Shown: one piece after another, positions 40,538-51,395 of the stretch
Numbering within the stretch: position 1 is the stretch's first letter
Layout: each line of letters starts with the position of its first letter
IMG/VR virus record: IMGVR_UViG_3300034112_000721
Span: 32,001 to 96,000 of that record
Reading direction: 5' to 3' (one strand)
Origin: a virus
DNA: 64,000 nucleotides
Position numbers and translations under genes: made by a program
The notes under the pieces: model-generated
Seen by the model: the letters and a program-made list of their open reading frames with translations, nothing else
What the model was told of the DNA's origin: nothing
Databases searched by the model: none

Positions 40538-41779
40538 TTAAAATCTCTTGAAGAATCCACCTCTTGAGATAGTTTTTTGCGGTTTGCTAGTTCTTGTTTT
40601 TGAATCATATTCTCTATCATCATTTACAGAAGAAGTAATTTTTCTAGCTTGTTCTGTCTTTAATTGTCTTACAACTTTTTCTGTAGCTTGCTTACCACCT
40701 TGCTCTTTTATCTTTGACTTATATCCATTTGGATCTGCAAGTAACCAAAGTGCCTCAGCAATTAAATCATGTCTTGGTTCTACAAACTGATATTTCTCTA
40801 ATAAGTGGCCTAGTAAGTTTGTAGGTTTACCAGATATAGATGGATAATTAGGTTGTACTAATCCGGAGTATAACATACTTTGTACTTTCTTATCTAATCT
40901 TATTCCACCTATCTCACCATTAACAAGAGTACTATATACATTATCTGTATAAGCTCTAGCTGCTTCTTCTTGCTGTTGCCTTTTTAATTCTTGTTCAGCA
41001 AGTTGTCTAGCAACTATTTCTTCTTGCATTCTATCTAACTTTGGTTTAAACTGATTAGCCTTTTGTTCAAGTCTATTCATATCTTTCCAGTCATTGATTT
41101 CTTCTTCAATTTCTTCTGGAGTACCAAAGCTTGTAGCATATAAATACTGACGTGCAATTTCTGCTTGATCATATTCATCAGATGGATCTAGTTGTCTCAT
41201 CTCTTCTACTTGAGCAAGAGTTCTAAAGAGACCTTTAAGATCTGTACCACCATCTGCTACATACTTAGCTGCATACTGAAGTTCTTCTGGAAGTGCATTA
41301 AAAAACTCTTTTGGAGTATTTTCTCTTACTGCATTTTCTCTTTCCTGGAAGTTTGCTTCAAATAGTTCACGGAAATCTTTTGTAGTATATTCTTCTAATG
41401 GTTTGTCATCATCAAAAGGTACTAAAGATCCTTCCTCAATCATTTTTTGTGCTAATTCAGCAAGACCAGATTTATCAATTTTTGGTCTACCTTTATTACC
41501 AGCATCTTCTTCTTGAGTAATTAAACTATCTAGCTCAGCTATAGTTTCTTCTACTTCTTCTTTCTTTGCTACTTCTTCTTTAGAAGCAGGCTTGTCAAGG
41601 AACGAGGTATCTGTAGTTTCCTTTGAAAATACAGATTTTGGTTTTTCTTCTTCTACTGGTAGCATTACATTTTCTGCTCCCGGCATTCCAAACATCTCAT
41701 CAATATTTACATCTACATTCCCTACCAGTGTAGAGTCCTGTACCTGACCTTTGTCAGATTTGTTTTCTAATTCTTCCAT
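40538..41779 (-). CDS. Scaffold-like acidic protein
   Basis: 413 aa, acidic and coiled-coil, between portal and MCP. Confidence 0.65.
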   Translation of the reverse strand: MEELENKSDKGQVQDSTLVGNVDVNIDEMFGMPGAENVMLPVEEEKPKSVFSKETTDTSFLDKPASKEEVAKKEEVEETIAELDSLITQEEDAGNKGRPKIDKSGLAELAQKMIEEGSLVPFDDDKPLEEYTTKDFRELFEANFQERENAVRENTPKEFFNALPEELQYAAKYVADGGTDLKGLFRTLAQVEEMRQLDPSDEYDQAEIARQYLYATSFGTPEEIEEEINDWKDMNRLEQKANQFKPKLDRMQEEIVARQLAEQELKRQQQEEAARAYTDNVYSTLVNGEIGGIRLDKKVQSMLYSGLVQPNYPSISGKPTNLLGHLLEKYQFVEPRHDLIAEALWLLADPNGYKSKIKEQGGKQATEKVVRQLKTEQARKITSSVNDDREYDSKTRTSKPQKTISRGGFFKRF

Positions 41780-41870
41780 ATGTGTTGGTTTTGTTTATAA
41801 TTTAATATAAGAAATAAACTTCAAAAATTTATGATAATAAAATTTATTTTTCGCACTATATAGCTAAGTA

Positions 41871-44621
41871 CTATTCTTTTTCTTTATTTTTATTTTTATT
41901 ATCGTATTTATTTTTGTTTTCTCTGGCTATTTGTAGCTGTTTATCTGCTATTTCTTTCTGTGCCATGATCTTTTCTCTCTCTATATCCATCTTCTGAGAC
42001 TGTCTTAAGTTTTCATTAGATTGCTTTTCAATCTGTAAACTTGTTTGTTGCTCATAAGCTTCTGACTGTCTTATCTCTTTCATAGCATCTGCATAATCAG
42101 ATATTTGATTTTTATTTACATCTGCCATAGAGCCATAACCTGCTGCTTTAATTTCAGCAACCAAGATATCTCTTTGTCTATCTTTTTCTTTTTCAGCAGC
42201 TTGTGCATCAAGTTTCATCTTCTCAGTTTGCTGCATTGACTGTAATTGCTGTTGTTGCATTTGCTGTTGTTGCTGTAGTTCTTGTTGTTTTTGTGATGAT
42301 ATTTTTTCTTCAGAAGCTTTAAGAACATTATTAAGCTCTGCAATTGAATCAGATTGTACTATTCTTCCAAGATCATAAATACTTGCTCCAGTAGTATTAT
42401 TTTGAATAGCCATTTGTTTTAACTGTTCTAATACAGATCTATGATTAGCAGTTGTAGAACAATAAATATTTAAATCTCTCATTAAGAGATCTGTACCATT
42501 TACTTCAAAGTTTACTTTCTCATCTGCAGAAGTTGTATATGTAAGTCTTGCAGATGGTTTTGTAGAGTTATAGTATTGTGCCAAGTCAGTTCTCATTTGA
42601 TGAACTCTTGGCATTAGATAATCACAGTGCTGAATAAAGAATACTTCTGTCTGTGCATATGACGCTTGTAAAGCTTGTTCTACTCCGGTAGCTGTAGTTT
42701 GAGATAACTGTTGACCCATTCTTTGTGGGTTAACACCTATTACTTCATATGCTTGTTGCTTAAAGTGATTAGCTAAACTAATTCTTGACATTAATCTTTC
42801 TGTCTGAGAAAGATCTAGTTTTTGAAAATGCTGGAAGTTTAATGCATTCTCTGTATTTGTAATAGATGTATCCAAAGGTAACATCTGGAAGTTCTTCATT
42901 GCAACATATGCTTTAGCATAGTTTCCTTTACCCCAGTCTTCTCCAAGAGAATGTTTAGGTAGAGTATTCTGATCAAGCATGATAATAGTACCTAGTTCAT
43001 CTACTAAGATATCTGCAATCTGATTGTTTACAATGTTATATCCAATCTGATATGGCTTCATTAGATCTATAAGTGCAGTAGACTTAGTATTTCTATCTGA
43101 GAACACAGAACCTTCTACTGGTAACTTACAACCATATAAACTTTGATCTCCTTTAAATTGGAACTTTAATGCTCCAATTTTATTTTTTTGTACACCAATA
43201 TATATTGGAGAGAATCCTCCTGGATTATTCATACCCCAGAAAGAAGGAATGTTTGGACCAATTTTAATACCACCCCAAACTTCATTAATCCAAATCCAAT
43301 CTATATGCTCACCTTGTACAAGAGTATCTTTAGTTTTGTTTTTGAATAATCTATTATCATATATTGGTTTGTCTGTTACTTCATAATCTTCTGTAACAAT
43401 TTCATTTGCAACTTCTCCAGTTTCTGAAATCTTTGTAAGGTGACCAACTTTTCTTTGTGACTTCCAATATGCTGTAGTTACTCTTAATAGATATGCAGTA
43501 CCTTGATCAAAGTAATCTTCACCTTGTGAAAGTATTTGATTTATAATATCGCCACCATCTGTAATTGAGTTTGCAACTGCAGTTGTATACTGTCTATATG
43601 CAAGAGAAGGCATATTAACATTCCATTCATGAGATTTTGTGCCGTCATAATATGTACCATCATTTTGATATCCACCAACTATATAACCACCAGATCTAAT
43701 AGGATAGATTGCTTCTAATGCCTTTAATTGTTCTTCAGACATAATATATCCAAACTTGTCTATTACATCTGATACAGTAAACATATCTATCTTACCTACC
43801 CAGTTACCTTGTGATATATATCTTGCATCTGGAGATTTGTGATAGAATGTAACTACTGGATTCCAGAGTTCTACCTCATAGTCATCTTCCATCATGTGGA
43901 AGTGCCAGAACTCTCTATCTGTAATAAGCATGTCTCTAAAGGCTCTTTCCTCTAGCTCATCCATTCTAAATCTTTCAACATCTACTTTATGCTGATGATA
44001 TGCCCACTGCTCTATCATAGATCTATAATCTTTCTTAAAGAAAGATTCTATCTCTGGTAATGTTTTAAGATTTTCTGGTGATACTTGCTCTTGTACTTCA
44101 GGTGCTTGAGGATCTATTCCCTGCTCTATTAATGCAGTAACAATTTTTAACTGTGCATCTGCTAAAAGAGTTTCTTCTACCATCTGTCTTTTTTCTTCTA
44201 GCATCTCATTATATGAGAACTCATCTACCGCTCTATATGTCAGTTTAGTTGATCTTTTAGCAAACTCTGCTACTAACACATTAATTACGTTTGGAATAAT
44301 TGGATAGAACTTTAACTCAAGAGCTGTTGCTTCTTCTCTGGTTAATATTTCTACTATATCTCTATATTCATTATTCTCCTCAATTATATAATCTGTTCTA
44401 TCTATAATTCCCTTTGCAAGTTTATAGTTCTTCATTAGTCTTCTTGCATTTCTTCTGATTTGCTTAAGACCATTCCATTCTAACCAGTCTAAGTTCCAAG
44501 CTGCCCATTCTTCATCTTTATCTTTCTTAGATAAAAACTGTAGAGGCTGGGTAATACTACCCATCCTATTTTGTTCTGTTTTAGCTCCTTTTTTTAACTG
44601 TAATGCGTTATATACCTGCAT
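41871..44621 (-). CDS. Portal protein
   Basis: 916 aa; FYPIIPNVINVL, WINEVWGG, LIDLMKPYQIGYNIVNNQI, GVNPQRMG; Q-rich coiled-coil C-terminus; follows TerL. Confidence 0.9.
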   Translation of the reverse strand: MQVYNALQLKKGAKTEQNRMGSITQPLQFLSKKDKDEEWAAWNLDWLEWNGLKQIRRNARRLMKNYKLAKGIIDRTDYIIEENNEYRDIVEILTREEATALELKFYPIIPNVINVLVAEFAKRSTKLTYRAVDEFSYNEMLEEKRQMVEETLLADAQLKIVTALIEQGIDPQAPEVQEQVSPENLKTLPEIESFFKKDYRSMIEQWAYHQHKVDVERFRMDELEERAFRDMLITDREFWHFHMMEDDYEVELWNPVVTFYHKSPDARYISQGNWVGKIDMFTVSDVIDKFGYIMSEEQLKALEAIYPIRSGGYIVGGYQNDGTYYDGTKSHEWNVNMPSLAYRQYTTAVANSITDGGDIINQILSQGEDYFDQGTAYLLRVTTAYWKSQRKVGHLTKISETGEVANEIVTEDYEVTDKPIYDNRLFKNKTKDTLVQGEHIDWIWINEVWGGIKIGPNIPSFWGMNNPGGFSPIYIGVQKNKIGALKFQFKGDQSLYGCKLPVEGSVFSDRNTKSTALIDLMKPYQIGYNIVNNQIADILVDELGTIIMLDQNTLPKHSLGEDWGKGNYAKAYVAMKNFQMLPLDTSITNTENALNFQHFQKLDLSQTERLMSRISLANHFKQQAYEVIGVNPQRMGQQLSQTTATGVEQALQASYAQTEVFFIQHCDYLMPRVHQMRTDLAQYYNSTKPSARLTYTTSADEKVNFEVNGTDLLMRDLNIYCSTTANHRSVLEQLKQMAIQNNTTGASIYDLGRIVQSDSIAELNNVLKASEEKISSQKQQELQQQQQMQQQQLQSMQQTEKMKLDAQAAEKEKDRQRDILVAEIKAAGYGSMADVNKNQISDYADAMKEIRQSEAYEQQTSLQIEKQSNENLRQSQKMDIEREKIMAQKEIADKQLQIARENKNKYDNKNKNKEKE

Positions 44622-44623
44622 AG

Positions 44624-46825
44624 TTATTTTATATTTTTAAATGGTGATTTTTTAAATACCGAACCATTTGTTAATCTACCGTTATTACCCATGTGCCTAA
44701 ATGGACTACTATTTAATTTAAACAAATTTTCTGACTTTTGCAAGTTTTTAGCGGCATCATCCATTATAGTTCTTCTTGCATATCCCCTATTAGATTGTTG
44801 CACTCTCATAAATGCAACTAATGCTGTAAATGCTACAAGTCTATCCACGTTCAGACCATCTGTATATTCTTGCATCTCTTTGAGTAACATTGGATCTGGA
44901 ATTCTTTCTATACCATATTTAGTCTTAACAATTGTACCATCCGGTTTTGTAACTGTATCTAACTCCTCCTTACAATATTCAATAGCATAACTTAATAAGT
45001 GACCTTTAAATAAATTACCAGTATTTCTCCAACCATACTCTTGGTATACGTTAGTATTAGCACCTAGATCCTTTAAAAACATGATCTGACTCTTTGGTAC
45101 AAGATACCTTTGTTTTTTCTTAGATATCATGTATTGTATAAATAAAGAGATGTTACTTTCTATTAGTGCCCAGGCATTATACCATTCTATTATTAGCTCT
45201 AACTTCTGATGTGTTTTATTTATATCATCATATCTACCACACCATGATGCAACAATTTTATCTTGTTCTATATATGTTTCTGTTTCTACACCCGTATGTC
45301 TAGTTACTTGTATAGGGGCTTTCATTACAAATATAGAACACAATGAATCTGATGTAGTTGTCTTACCTTCTGATACAGGGTCAATAGAAGCATAATACTG
45401 TCCGAACTCTGGATCCTTAACCGGTCTTTCCCATACAACAAGAGTACCTGTTTTATCTTCTAATTTTTTAGATACGGGAAACTGCATGATGGGCAGCTTA
45501 TTAGTTTCCTTAACTTTTGGCTTTCCATTCTCATCATAGAATATATCTAAGAATTCATATGCATATTCTTTCTCATCTATTCTTCTCTGCTGTGCTGCTA
45601 CCAGATGTGTTGGGAATACAGAGACTGATCTATGTGCAAATGCTTCTTCAATATTTCTAGGGTGCTGAGATATTCTTAACTGGTAGTCTTCTGGAGATAA
45701 ATCTTTCTTCCACTGTTCAAATTGATTCTCAAGTGCAACTAATGCTTCTTCTACAAGTGAATTACCATATTGATCTATATGTGGTGGCATAGACCATTGC
45801 TCAGGAATAAACAATCCTGAGAGACCTTCTGTTCCTTTGCTATCTATCAAGTTTGTTTCTACCGCATAGATATCTTTAGATGTAGGGTTTAGAATCATAT
45901 CCTTAAGGGGATTACACTGAGATAAATCTCCTACTGATCCTGCAGCTATAAACATACCAGTAGTAATTAAACCAGATCTCATTGCTGGCCTCATATACTC
46001 ATATGTTTGATCCATCTTTGGTGCAATACCAGCCTCCTCATGGAAGAAGAATTTTACTGGACCCCCTACACCATTTGTAGGATCTTTCTCAAATGACATG
46101 CCCTGCATTGTACCTTTGAGACCTACTTCATTTTTTCTATCTCCCTTTCTTACTTCAATCTTTTGCTGCCACATCATTACCTTATGTGGTGTCATTGGTC
46201 TATACCATGCGGTATGCTCATTTAAGAAAGCAGCATATTCATCTAAGAACTTCCATGAACCTTTCTCATTTATATAGTCTTTAAGACTTGCTCCTATCTT
46301 TAAAGTAACCCCAGATTCAAACCAAATCTGATTTAATAGTTTGGCCATGTGAAAATAAGAAGATGCTATCTGTCTTTTTTTTAGAATAGCTACATGCTTA
46401 TAGTTGAGCTCTGCCAATAGTTCATAGAGGGCCATGTGATACTGGGCGTCACGTATTTTAGCAAAGTCAAAAATTTGTTGTTCTTTATCAAATATTGGTA
46501 AGAAGTTAAGCCACATGTAGTAATCTCTTGTAAGGTACCAGGTGTTTTCTCCTGACTTATAGATAACTCCTCTTCTACATCTAAGTTTTTGATCATCCCA
46601 GTAATTGATAAAATCTTTGGATTTAAAGGGTGCGTCACAATAGTATCCATTGTCTCTAAACTTTCTTGATTCTGTATTAAATAGTAAGCTAGTTTCATCA
46701 AATTTATATTTACCGGGTTCATCAAAAATATCTCTTACAAACTTAGAAAATTCCTCTCTTGAGGAAAAGTCTGTAATAGTCCAATTTCCATTATCATAGG
46801 TTGGTATATTTTCAAATATTTCCAT
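44624..46825 (-). CDS. terL: Terminase large subunit
   Basis: LKKRQIASSY (Walker A variant), FFHEEAG (Walker B), SIDPVSEG nuclease Asp, NVDRLVA. Confidence 0.92.
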   Translation of the reverse strand: MEIFENIPTYDNGNWTITDFSSREEFSKFVRDIFDEPGKYKFDETSLLFNTESRKFRDNGYYCDAPFKSKDFINYWDDQKLRCRRGVIYKSGENTWYLTRDYYMWLNFLPIFDKEQQIFDFAKIRDAQYHMALYELLAELNYKHVAILKKRQIASSYFHMAKLLNQIWFESGVTLKIGASLKDYINEKGSWKFLDEYAAFLNEHTAWYRPMTPHKVMMWQQKIEVRKGDRKNEVGLKGTMQGMSFEKDPTNGVGGPVKFFFHEEAGIAPKMDQTYEYMRPAMRSGLITTGMFIAAGSVGDLSQCNPLKDMILNPTSKDIYAVETNLIDSKGTEGLSGLFIPEQWSMPPHIDQYGNSLVEEALVALENQFEQWKKDLSPEDYQLRISQHPRNIEEAFAHRSVSVFPTHLVAAQQRRIDEKEYAYEFLDIFYDENGKPKVKETNKLPIMQFPVSKKLEDKTGTLVVWERPVKDPEFGQYYASIDPVSEGKTTTSDSLCSIFVMKAPIQVTRHTGVETETYIEQDKIVASWCGRYDDINKTHQKLELIIEWYNAWALIESNISLFIQYMISKKKQRYLVPKSQIMFLKDLGANTNVYQEYGWRNTGNLFKGHLLSYAIEYCKEELDTVTKPDGTIVKTKYGIERIPDPMLLKEMQEYTDGLNVDRLVAFTALVAFMRVQQSNRGYARRTIMDDAAKNLQKSENLFKLNSSPFRHMGNNGRLTNGSVFKKSPFKNIK

Positions 46826-47340
46826 TACTGATCATATGCCATTCCAATACCACCTCTTACTCTACTAGATTGTTCTTCCTGTAGATCTTTATATGCACCT
46901 TTAAATGATGCTCTAATCTGTTCAAAGTTTTTAGCTGCAGCTACCAGAGAGTTAATATTACCATCTCTACCATGTGAGATAGGTGTAGTCTCCATATACT
47001 TAGCTAATCTGTCTAACATGGATGCAATACCTTTATATGCTCTAGATGTAGGTGTTTCATACATTCTTTGGCAAAACTGTAAGGCTATAAATATATCCTG
47101 ATCTTCTGTAGAGAACTCAGCATCTATCTGTTCAAGTATAAGTGACTCTTTATCTACTTCTGGTGTATAAAAGAATGGGTTCAAGTCTGGGTTAGGGCAA
47201 GTCATATAAAACAAGTATTGATATATCTTGATATAATTATCAGGATAATTATCCATAACATCTTTTAATGCCTTTAATGTATAGCAATGTTCTGTTGGAA
47301 TTACTTTACCATTCTGTATGTCAAATAGTTTTACAATCAT
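46825..47340 (-). CDS. Conserved protein upstream of TerL (small terminase candidate)
   Basis: 171 aa, helical, translationally coupled to TerL. Confidence 0.45.
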   Translation of the reverse strand: MIVKLFDIQNGKVIPTEHCYTLKALKDVMDNYPDNYIKIYQYLFYMTCPNPDLNPFFYTPEVDKESLILEQIDAEFSTEDQDIFIALQFCQRMYETPTSRAYKGIASMLDRLAKYMETTPISHGRDGNINSLVAAAKNFEQIRASFKGAYKDLQEEQSSRVRGGIGMAYDQ

Positions 47341-48170
47341 TTCTTTTTAATATTGTTTCTATTATCATGTAAATAATGCATAATAGCTGTTACTTCATCT
47401 TTTAAATATGGTATTTCCATTTGAACTACATCTTTAACAATTGGATCACCATTATCATCATAGCTTGTTAAAGGATACCCATATCTATCTTCCCCCTCTG
47501 TTTCAAATAGTATATGATGAATAAACATTCTTCCGGGTTGCAATTTAGGATTATGTTTTAGTATCATATACATGTAGATACTTAACTGTAAGCTGTAGTG
47601 ATTAAAATTACAATCATCTAAGTTAGATATAGGAGGGAGTAATTTTTCAGAAACTCCCTCCCAATCTTTGTAAGATTCAGTCTTAATCTCTTTATTAGTT
47701 TTGTAATCAATAATATTTACTCTACCATTAACTACTTCTACGAGATCTGACTGACCACAGATGCCTGCTGATTTAAGATAAACCATATGCTCTGGATACA
47801 CGCCTGGTTCTAATTTTTGTGAAGGTGCTGTCTTAATTCCATTTGCTAAATCATTAGGTTTAAACACTGGAACTGTAACACCTTCTCTTTCTATTGAAGC
47901 TAAAGAACATAAGTCAGCCTCTCTTTGATTATGATAAAATGTACCAAGAGTAACTGCTCTTTCTGATTCTGCATTCCAAATAGATATAATATCTTTTGGT
48001 GAAAAACCAAACCACTTAGATCTCTTATTCTTACAAACCTTTTTTGCTACTTTTTCAGCATCAAAAGGTTTTTTAAAATGAGATACAAGTGTAGTAACAC
48101 TTATCCAATTAATCTCTGAGCCGTCATTGCTTTTATAGCTATGATCCTTGGCATTAAATACTATACTCAT
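47337..48170 (-). CDS. PD-(D/E)XK exonuclease
   Basis: H-SY...SVTT, GTFYH, E...GQSDLV...IIDYKTNK, YSLQLSIY. Confidence 0.85.
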   Translation of the reverse strand: MSIVFNAKDHSYKSNDGSEINWISVTTLVSHFKKPFDAEKVAKKVCKNKRSKWFGFSPKDIISIWNAESERAVTLGTFYHNQREADLCSLASIEREGVTVPVFKPNDLANGIKTAPSQKLEPGVYPEHMVYLKSAGICGQSDLVEVVNGRVNIIDYKTNKEIKTESYKDWEGVSEKLLPPISNLDDCNFNHYSLQLSIYMYMILKHNPKLQPGRMFIHHILFETEGEDRYGYPLTSYDDNGDPIVKDVVQMEIPYLKDEVTAIMHYLHDNRNNIKKK

Positions 48171-48460
48171 AGTTTTTCTAATTCTTCTTCTTGTTCTTCA
48201 GTAATAATAGCTTGCCATTTACCTAATGGACATTCTGATGATAAAGATCTAGTTTTAAAGGCTAGTGAACATCCACACTCATTACAGCATGGAGCCGTTC
48301 CTTTTACAGCACACTTTTTACCTTTATGTTGACATTCATCACAAATATCATATCTGAGTCTAGATATTTCTTCTACTGTCTCATCTCTAATAACAGAGTT
48401 TTTAATACCCTCAAATATTTGTGATCTATTTTGCCAGATTAGATTAAGTACATTTTTCAT
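48167..48460 (-). CDS. Cys-rich zinc-binding protein
   Basis: RYDICDEC...CNECGC...K...CPLGKW. Confidence 0.7.
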   Translation of the reverse strand: MKNVLNLIWQNRSQIFEGIKNSVIRDETVEEISRLRYDICDECQHKGKKCAVKGTAPCCNECGCSLAFKTRSLSSECPLGKWQAIITEEQEEELEKL

Positions 48461-48819
48461 TTATTCTTGTTTTTAAAAAAAGCTTCTCTTTTTTCTGTTT
48501 GATCTTGAATCTTAAGATTTAATTTCAATAGTAGTTCTAATTTATTTTCTAGTGCTTTCTTATTATGATAAGCTTTAAATGTAGATGTGTCATGTTCTTT
48601 TAATATTCTTGATATCTTTTCTATTGATCCATATACCATCTTTGGTTTTGAAACAAAATGACCAAGACCCTCTATGTTTATTCTAGGATATTCTAAATTA
48701 GATAATAAACTTCTGACATCTTTGTAATAAAACTCTACTAAGTCTTCTACTAAATCCTTATCAATATTTAATTCTTCTGCAACTTCTTGATATATTCTTT
48801 TAGGCTTTCTGGGATTCAT
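48457..48819 (-). CDS. HU/IHF-like protein
   Basis: IYQEVAEELNIDKDLVEDLVEFYY...RINIEGLGHF. Confidence 0.65.
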   Translation of the reverse strand: MNPRKPKRIYQEVAEELNIDKDLVEDLVEFYYKDVRSLLSNLEYPRINIEGLGHFVSKPKMVYGSIEKISRILKEHDTSTFKAYHNKKALENKLELLLKLNLKIQDQTEKREAFFKNKNK

Positions 48820-49177
48820 CTCCTAAAAATTTATAGTCTAATAAAATAGTACCTGTTGTCTGAATTTTTAAACTTGGATTTATCCGAATTAATTTTTTGT
48901 TTTCCTCATCTTTAACAACTAAGTTTGTTTTCTCAGCTTTATTTATACAGTTTCTCACAGTTTGTGGAGACTTGAAAATAGGCTCTTCTTCTGAAGATGC
49001 ATCATAACAAAAATGTGTTAATTCTATTGGCTCATTAAAACTTAGTAAGGTCAAGCAGTTAAGGTCAGAGTCACTTAAGTTGATTCTATTAATATAGCAG
49101 TGGGTAAGTATTTGAAACTTAACCACATCCCACTTAGGCATTCTTACACGCTTCTGTACTTGATTTACTATAGCCAT
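48800..49177 (-). CDS. Putative winged-HTH DNA-binding protein
   Basis: LSDSDLNCLTLL...SPQTVRNCINKAEKTNLVVK...INP. Confidence 0.45.
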   Translation of the reverse strand: MAIVNQVQKRVRMPKWDVVKFQILTHCYINRINLSDSDLNCLTLLSFNEPIELTHFCYDASSEEEPIFKSPQTVRNCINKAEKTNLVVKDEENKKLIRINPSLKIQTTGTILLDYKFLGDESQKA

Positions 49178-49179
49178 GA

Positions 49180-49479
49180 CTAGCCTCTTTTAAGCTTTCT
49201 CTTTCCTTGATCTGCTGTATTAGACTCTTTATCAATATCAAAATCTGAACCTCTTTCTTCATCTGCTTCTTCTTGTTGAGGAGCCATCATCATAGCATAC
49301 TGATATTGAATACTAGATCTTTTAAATCTTGCTTCATCAATTTTTAAAAGCATTTCTTCATAATCTAATTGTGCTCTTAAATAAGGCATAGAAGTTTGAT
49401 AAAACTCTAGCATTTTTTCTTTTTGCTCTTCTAACTGTTCAGGAGTTAGTTGCATTTCTGGTTGTTGGTTTGTTTCCAT
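49180..49479 (-). CDS. Hypothetical coiled-coil protein
   Basis: 99-aa ORF downstream of a TATATTTG promoter. Confidence 0.7.
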   Translation of the reverse strand: METNQQPEMQLTPEQLEEQKEKMLEFYQTSMPYLRAQLDYEEMLLKIDEARFKRSSIQYQYAMMMAPQQEEADEERGSDFDIDKESNTADQGKRKLKRG

Positions 49480-49546
49480 AAGACTTTAATTTATATTAGT
49501 TTACACAAATATATATATAAAAAGTTTAAATAAAACAAGTTTAAAT

Positions 49547-49578
49547 AAAAAAATCCAGGCATACTATATACCTGGATC
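49547..49578 (-). terminator. Intrinsic terminator after the lysis cassette
   Basis: ATCCAGGTAT-ATAGT-ATGCCTGGAT followed by TTTTTT. Confidence 0.75.
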
Positions 49579-49605
49579 ACCTTACTTAGAGAAGTTTAAG
49601 TAATA

Positions 49606-49764
49606 TTATCTATTCTTAATGGTAAGATTTAATATAGTAAGTAAGTAAAAGTTTCTAGATATATCCATTTCAAAAGAAAAAATATCTAATGATGATAATC
49701 TTATTCTTATCATTATTTTATCCCACTGTTTTGTGGATGATTTCCAAGAGTTTCTAAATTTCAT
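49606..49764 (-). CDS. 52-aa hypothetical protein
   Basis: Translated by hand: MKFRNSWKSSTKQWDKIMIRIRLSSLDIFSFEMDISRNFYLLTILNLTIKNR; abuts the amidase stop. Confidence 0.65.
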   Translation of the reverse strand: MKFRNSWKSSTKQWDKIMIRIRLSSLDIFSFEMDISRNFYLLTILNLTIKNR

Positions 49765-49765
49765 T

Positions 49766-50413
49766 TTATAGGTTTTTTAACATTTCTATTACTTTAGGAT
49801 CTGGATACATATCACTCTTATCCTTTCTTACTGAATTATGTGTATATATTCCAGGAACCCCCTTAAAGGCTTCTCTATCTATTGCCCAGATTTCTGATCT
49901 GTAAGTCTTAGGAATATCATATGTTTCACATAAGTATTCTACTAATTGTCTTAAAGATTCAATCTGTGCATCTGAATATTTGTACCAATATTTGGTACCT
50001 TTAAATGGTGTCTCAAGAGTTGTTACATTCTCTGGTTTAACCACACCATTTACATAGTTATAGTATTTACCATTGCGGAATTTTAATGGTCCCCAATTAC
50101 AAACTTCTATACCTACAGAAAGTTTATTTAAGTTTTGATATTTTGCACCGTTCTTAGTAAAGTCTTCTGAATCTATTCCTAAATGCCATGCCCAATGTTT
50201 AGATGAGAAGCATTGTACAATATCTCCATTTTCACCAATAACAAATGCAGTTGCTATTCTTGTATCATTACTATTCCAGTACCGTGATACAGCTACTGCA
50301 TTGCCTCCACCCGCTGTATGATGCAGATAGATTTGTGTCTTTTTAGACTCTTCAGCATAGAACTGATCTTTATCTAATCTTGCTTGAACAATTTTACTAA
50401 TATCTAGTTTCAT
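49766..50413 (-). CDS. N-acetylmuramoyl-L-alanine amidase endolysin (Amidase_2)
   Basis: IYLHHTAG, AWHLG, SVGIEVC, QIESL, THNSVRKDKSD. Confidence 0.9.
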   Translation of the reverse strand: MKLDISKIVQARLDKDQFYAEESKKTQIYLHHTAGGGNAVAVSRYWNSNDTRIATAFVIGENGDIVQCFSSKHWAWHLGIDSEDFTKNGAKYQNLNKLSVGIEVCNWGPLKFRNGKYYNYVNGVVKPENVTTLETPFKGTKYWYKYSDAQIESLRQLVEYLCETYDIPKTYRSEIWAIDREAFKGVPGIYTHNSVRKDKSDMYPDPKVIEMLKNL

Positions 50414-50910
50414 TAGTTCTTGATGTCTTTATAAGTGTCTGATGCGTCTTTTAGACCTTTTCTTAATTTCTTTACAGTATCACATGTTTTTTTAAGAACA
50501 TTGTTACCTGTAATATCAAACCAGTTTTCATTAATAGATGCAAGTTCTATAATTGAGAATATACCAAGTAAAATATTAGTAAGAATAGCAGGCACTCCTA
50601 TAACAAAATCAAAATTTAAAAACTTTAGCAGTCCATTGATAAATGGAGTTAATGCATAATAGTCCAAAGGAAAAACTACTCCTGCAGTAATATAATATCC
50701 TAAAGCTTTATATACATATCCTTGTCTAAGTATTCTTGACTTAAATACCTCTCTATATTTTCTATTAGTTTCTTTAGCAATTTTCTTAAGAGAAATTAAT
50801 TTAACTACAGTATCTACAAAGATAATTAGCATTAGAACAAGAGCCATTAGCTCTATTGGTGCAAAGAATGATGTGATTGACAAGGTTACAAGAGTTAATT
50901 TTGTTTTCAT
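50413..50910 (-). CDS. Holin
   Basis: Three hydrophobic segments, ELASINENW motif, charged C-terminal tail; adjacent to the endolysin. Confidence 0.75.
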   Translation of the reverse strand: MKTKLTLVTLSITSFFAPIELMALVLMLIIFVDTVVKLISLKKIAKETNRKYREVFKSRILRQGYVYKALGYYITAGVVFPLDYYALTPFINGLLKFLNFDFVIGVPAILTNILLGIFSIIELASINENWFDITGNNVLKKTCDTVKKLRKGLKDASDTYKDIKN

Positions 50911-51395
50911 ATTGCAGGTATTTGAGCTTTAATCAGACGATATATAATATATAATATAATAATTATTAACCATATACCGCCAATCCATGCCAGGAAGTTT
51001 ACCCAACCCGGGATATATTTTATCTTTTCAGGCTTTAATGTTTTAGTTACTACTTGTGTTTTATAAACTGTATTACCAGGTACAAGTTTATAAATAGTAT
51101 CTGTCTTAGCAATTACTTTGTATTTATTGTTCTTTATTCTAGCTTGGAGCTTAAGTATTGTTCCATCTTTTTCAGATAGTCTAGAAGCATAAACATTACC
51201 AAGAGAATCACAAAATAAAGTATCTTCTATAAATACAGTTTCTCCTGGGATTTCTATTGTGGTATCTTTATATTGTATTACTGTAACTGTACTATCTTTT
51301 TGAGTACATAGTGGACAGTATTTAGCTAGTCTTTTTTCTAATGAACAAGAAGTAATAAATACTAATAGTAAAGAAACTACAAATAAATTTTTCAT
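50907..51395 (-). CDS. Unimolecular spanin-like lipoprotein
   Basis: Signal peptide with lipobox FITSC and a C-terminal TM helix (WVNFLAWIGGIWLIIIILYIIY); in the lysis cassette. Confidence 0.65.
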   Translation of the reverse strand: MKNLFVVSLLLVFITSCSLEKRLAKYCPLCTQKDSTVTVIQYKDTTIEIPGETVFIEDTLFCDSLGNVYASRLSEKDGTILKLQARIKNNKYKVIAKTDTIYKLVPGNTVYKTQVVTKTLKPEKIKYIPGWVNFLAWIGGIWLIIIILYIIYRLIKAQIPAI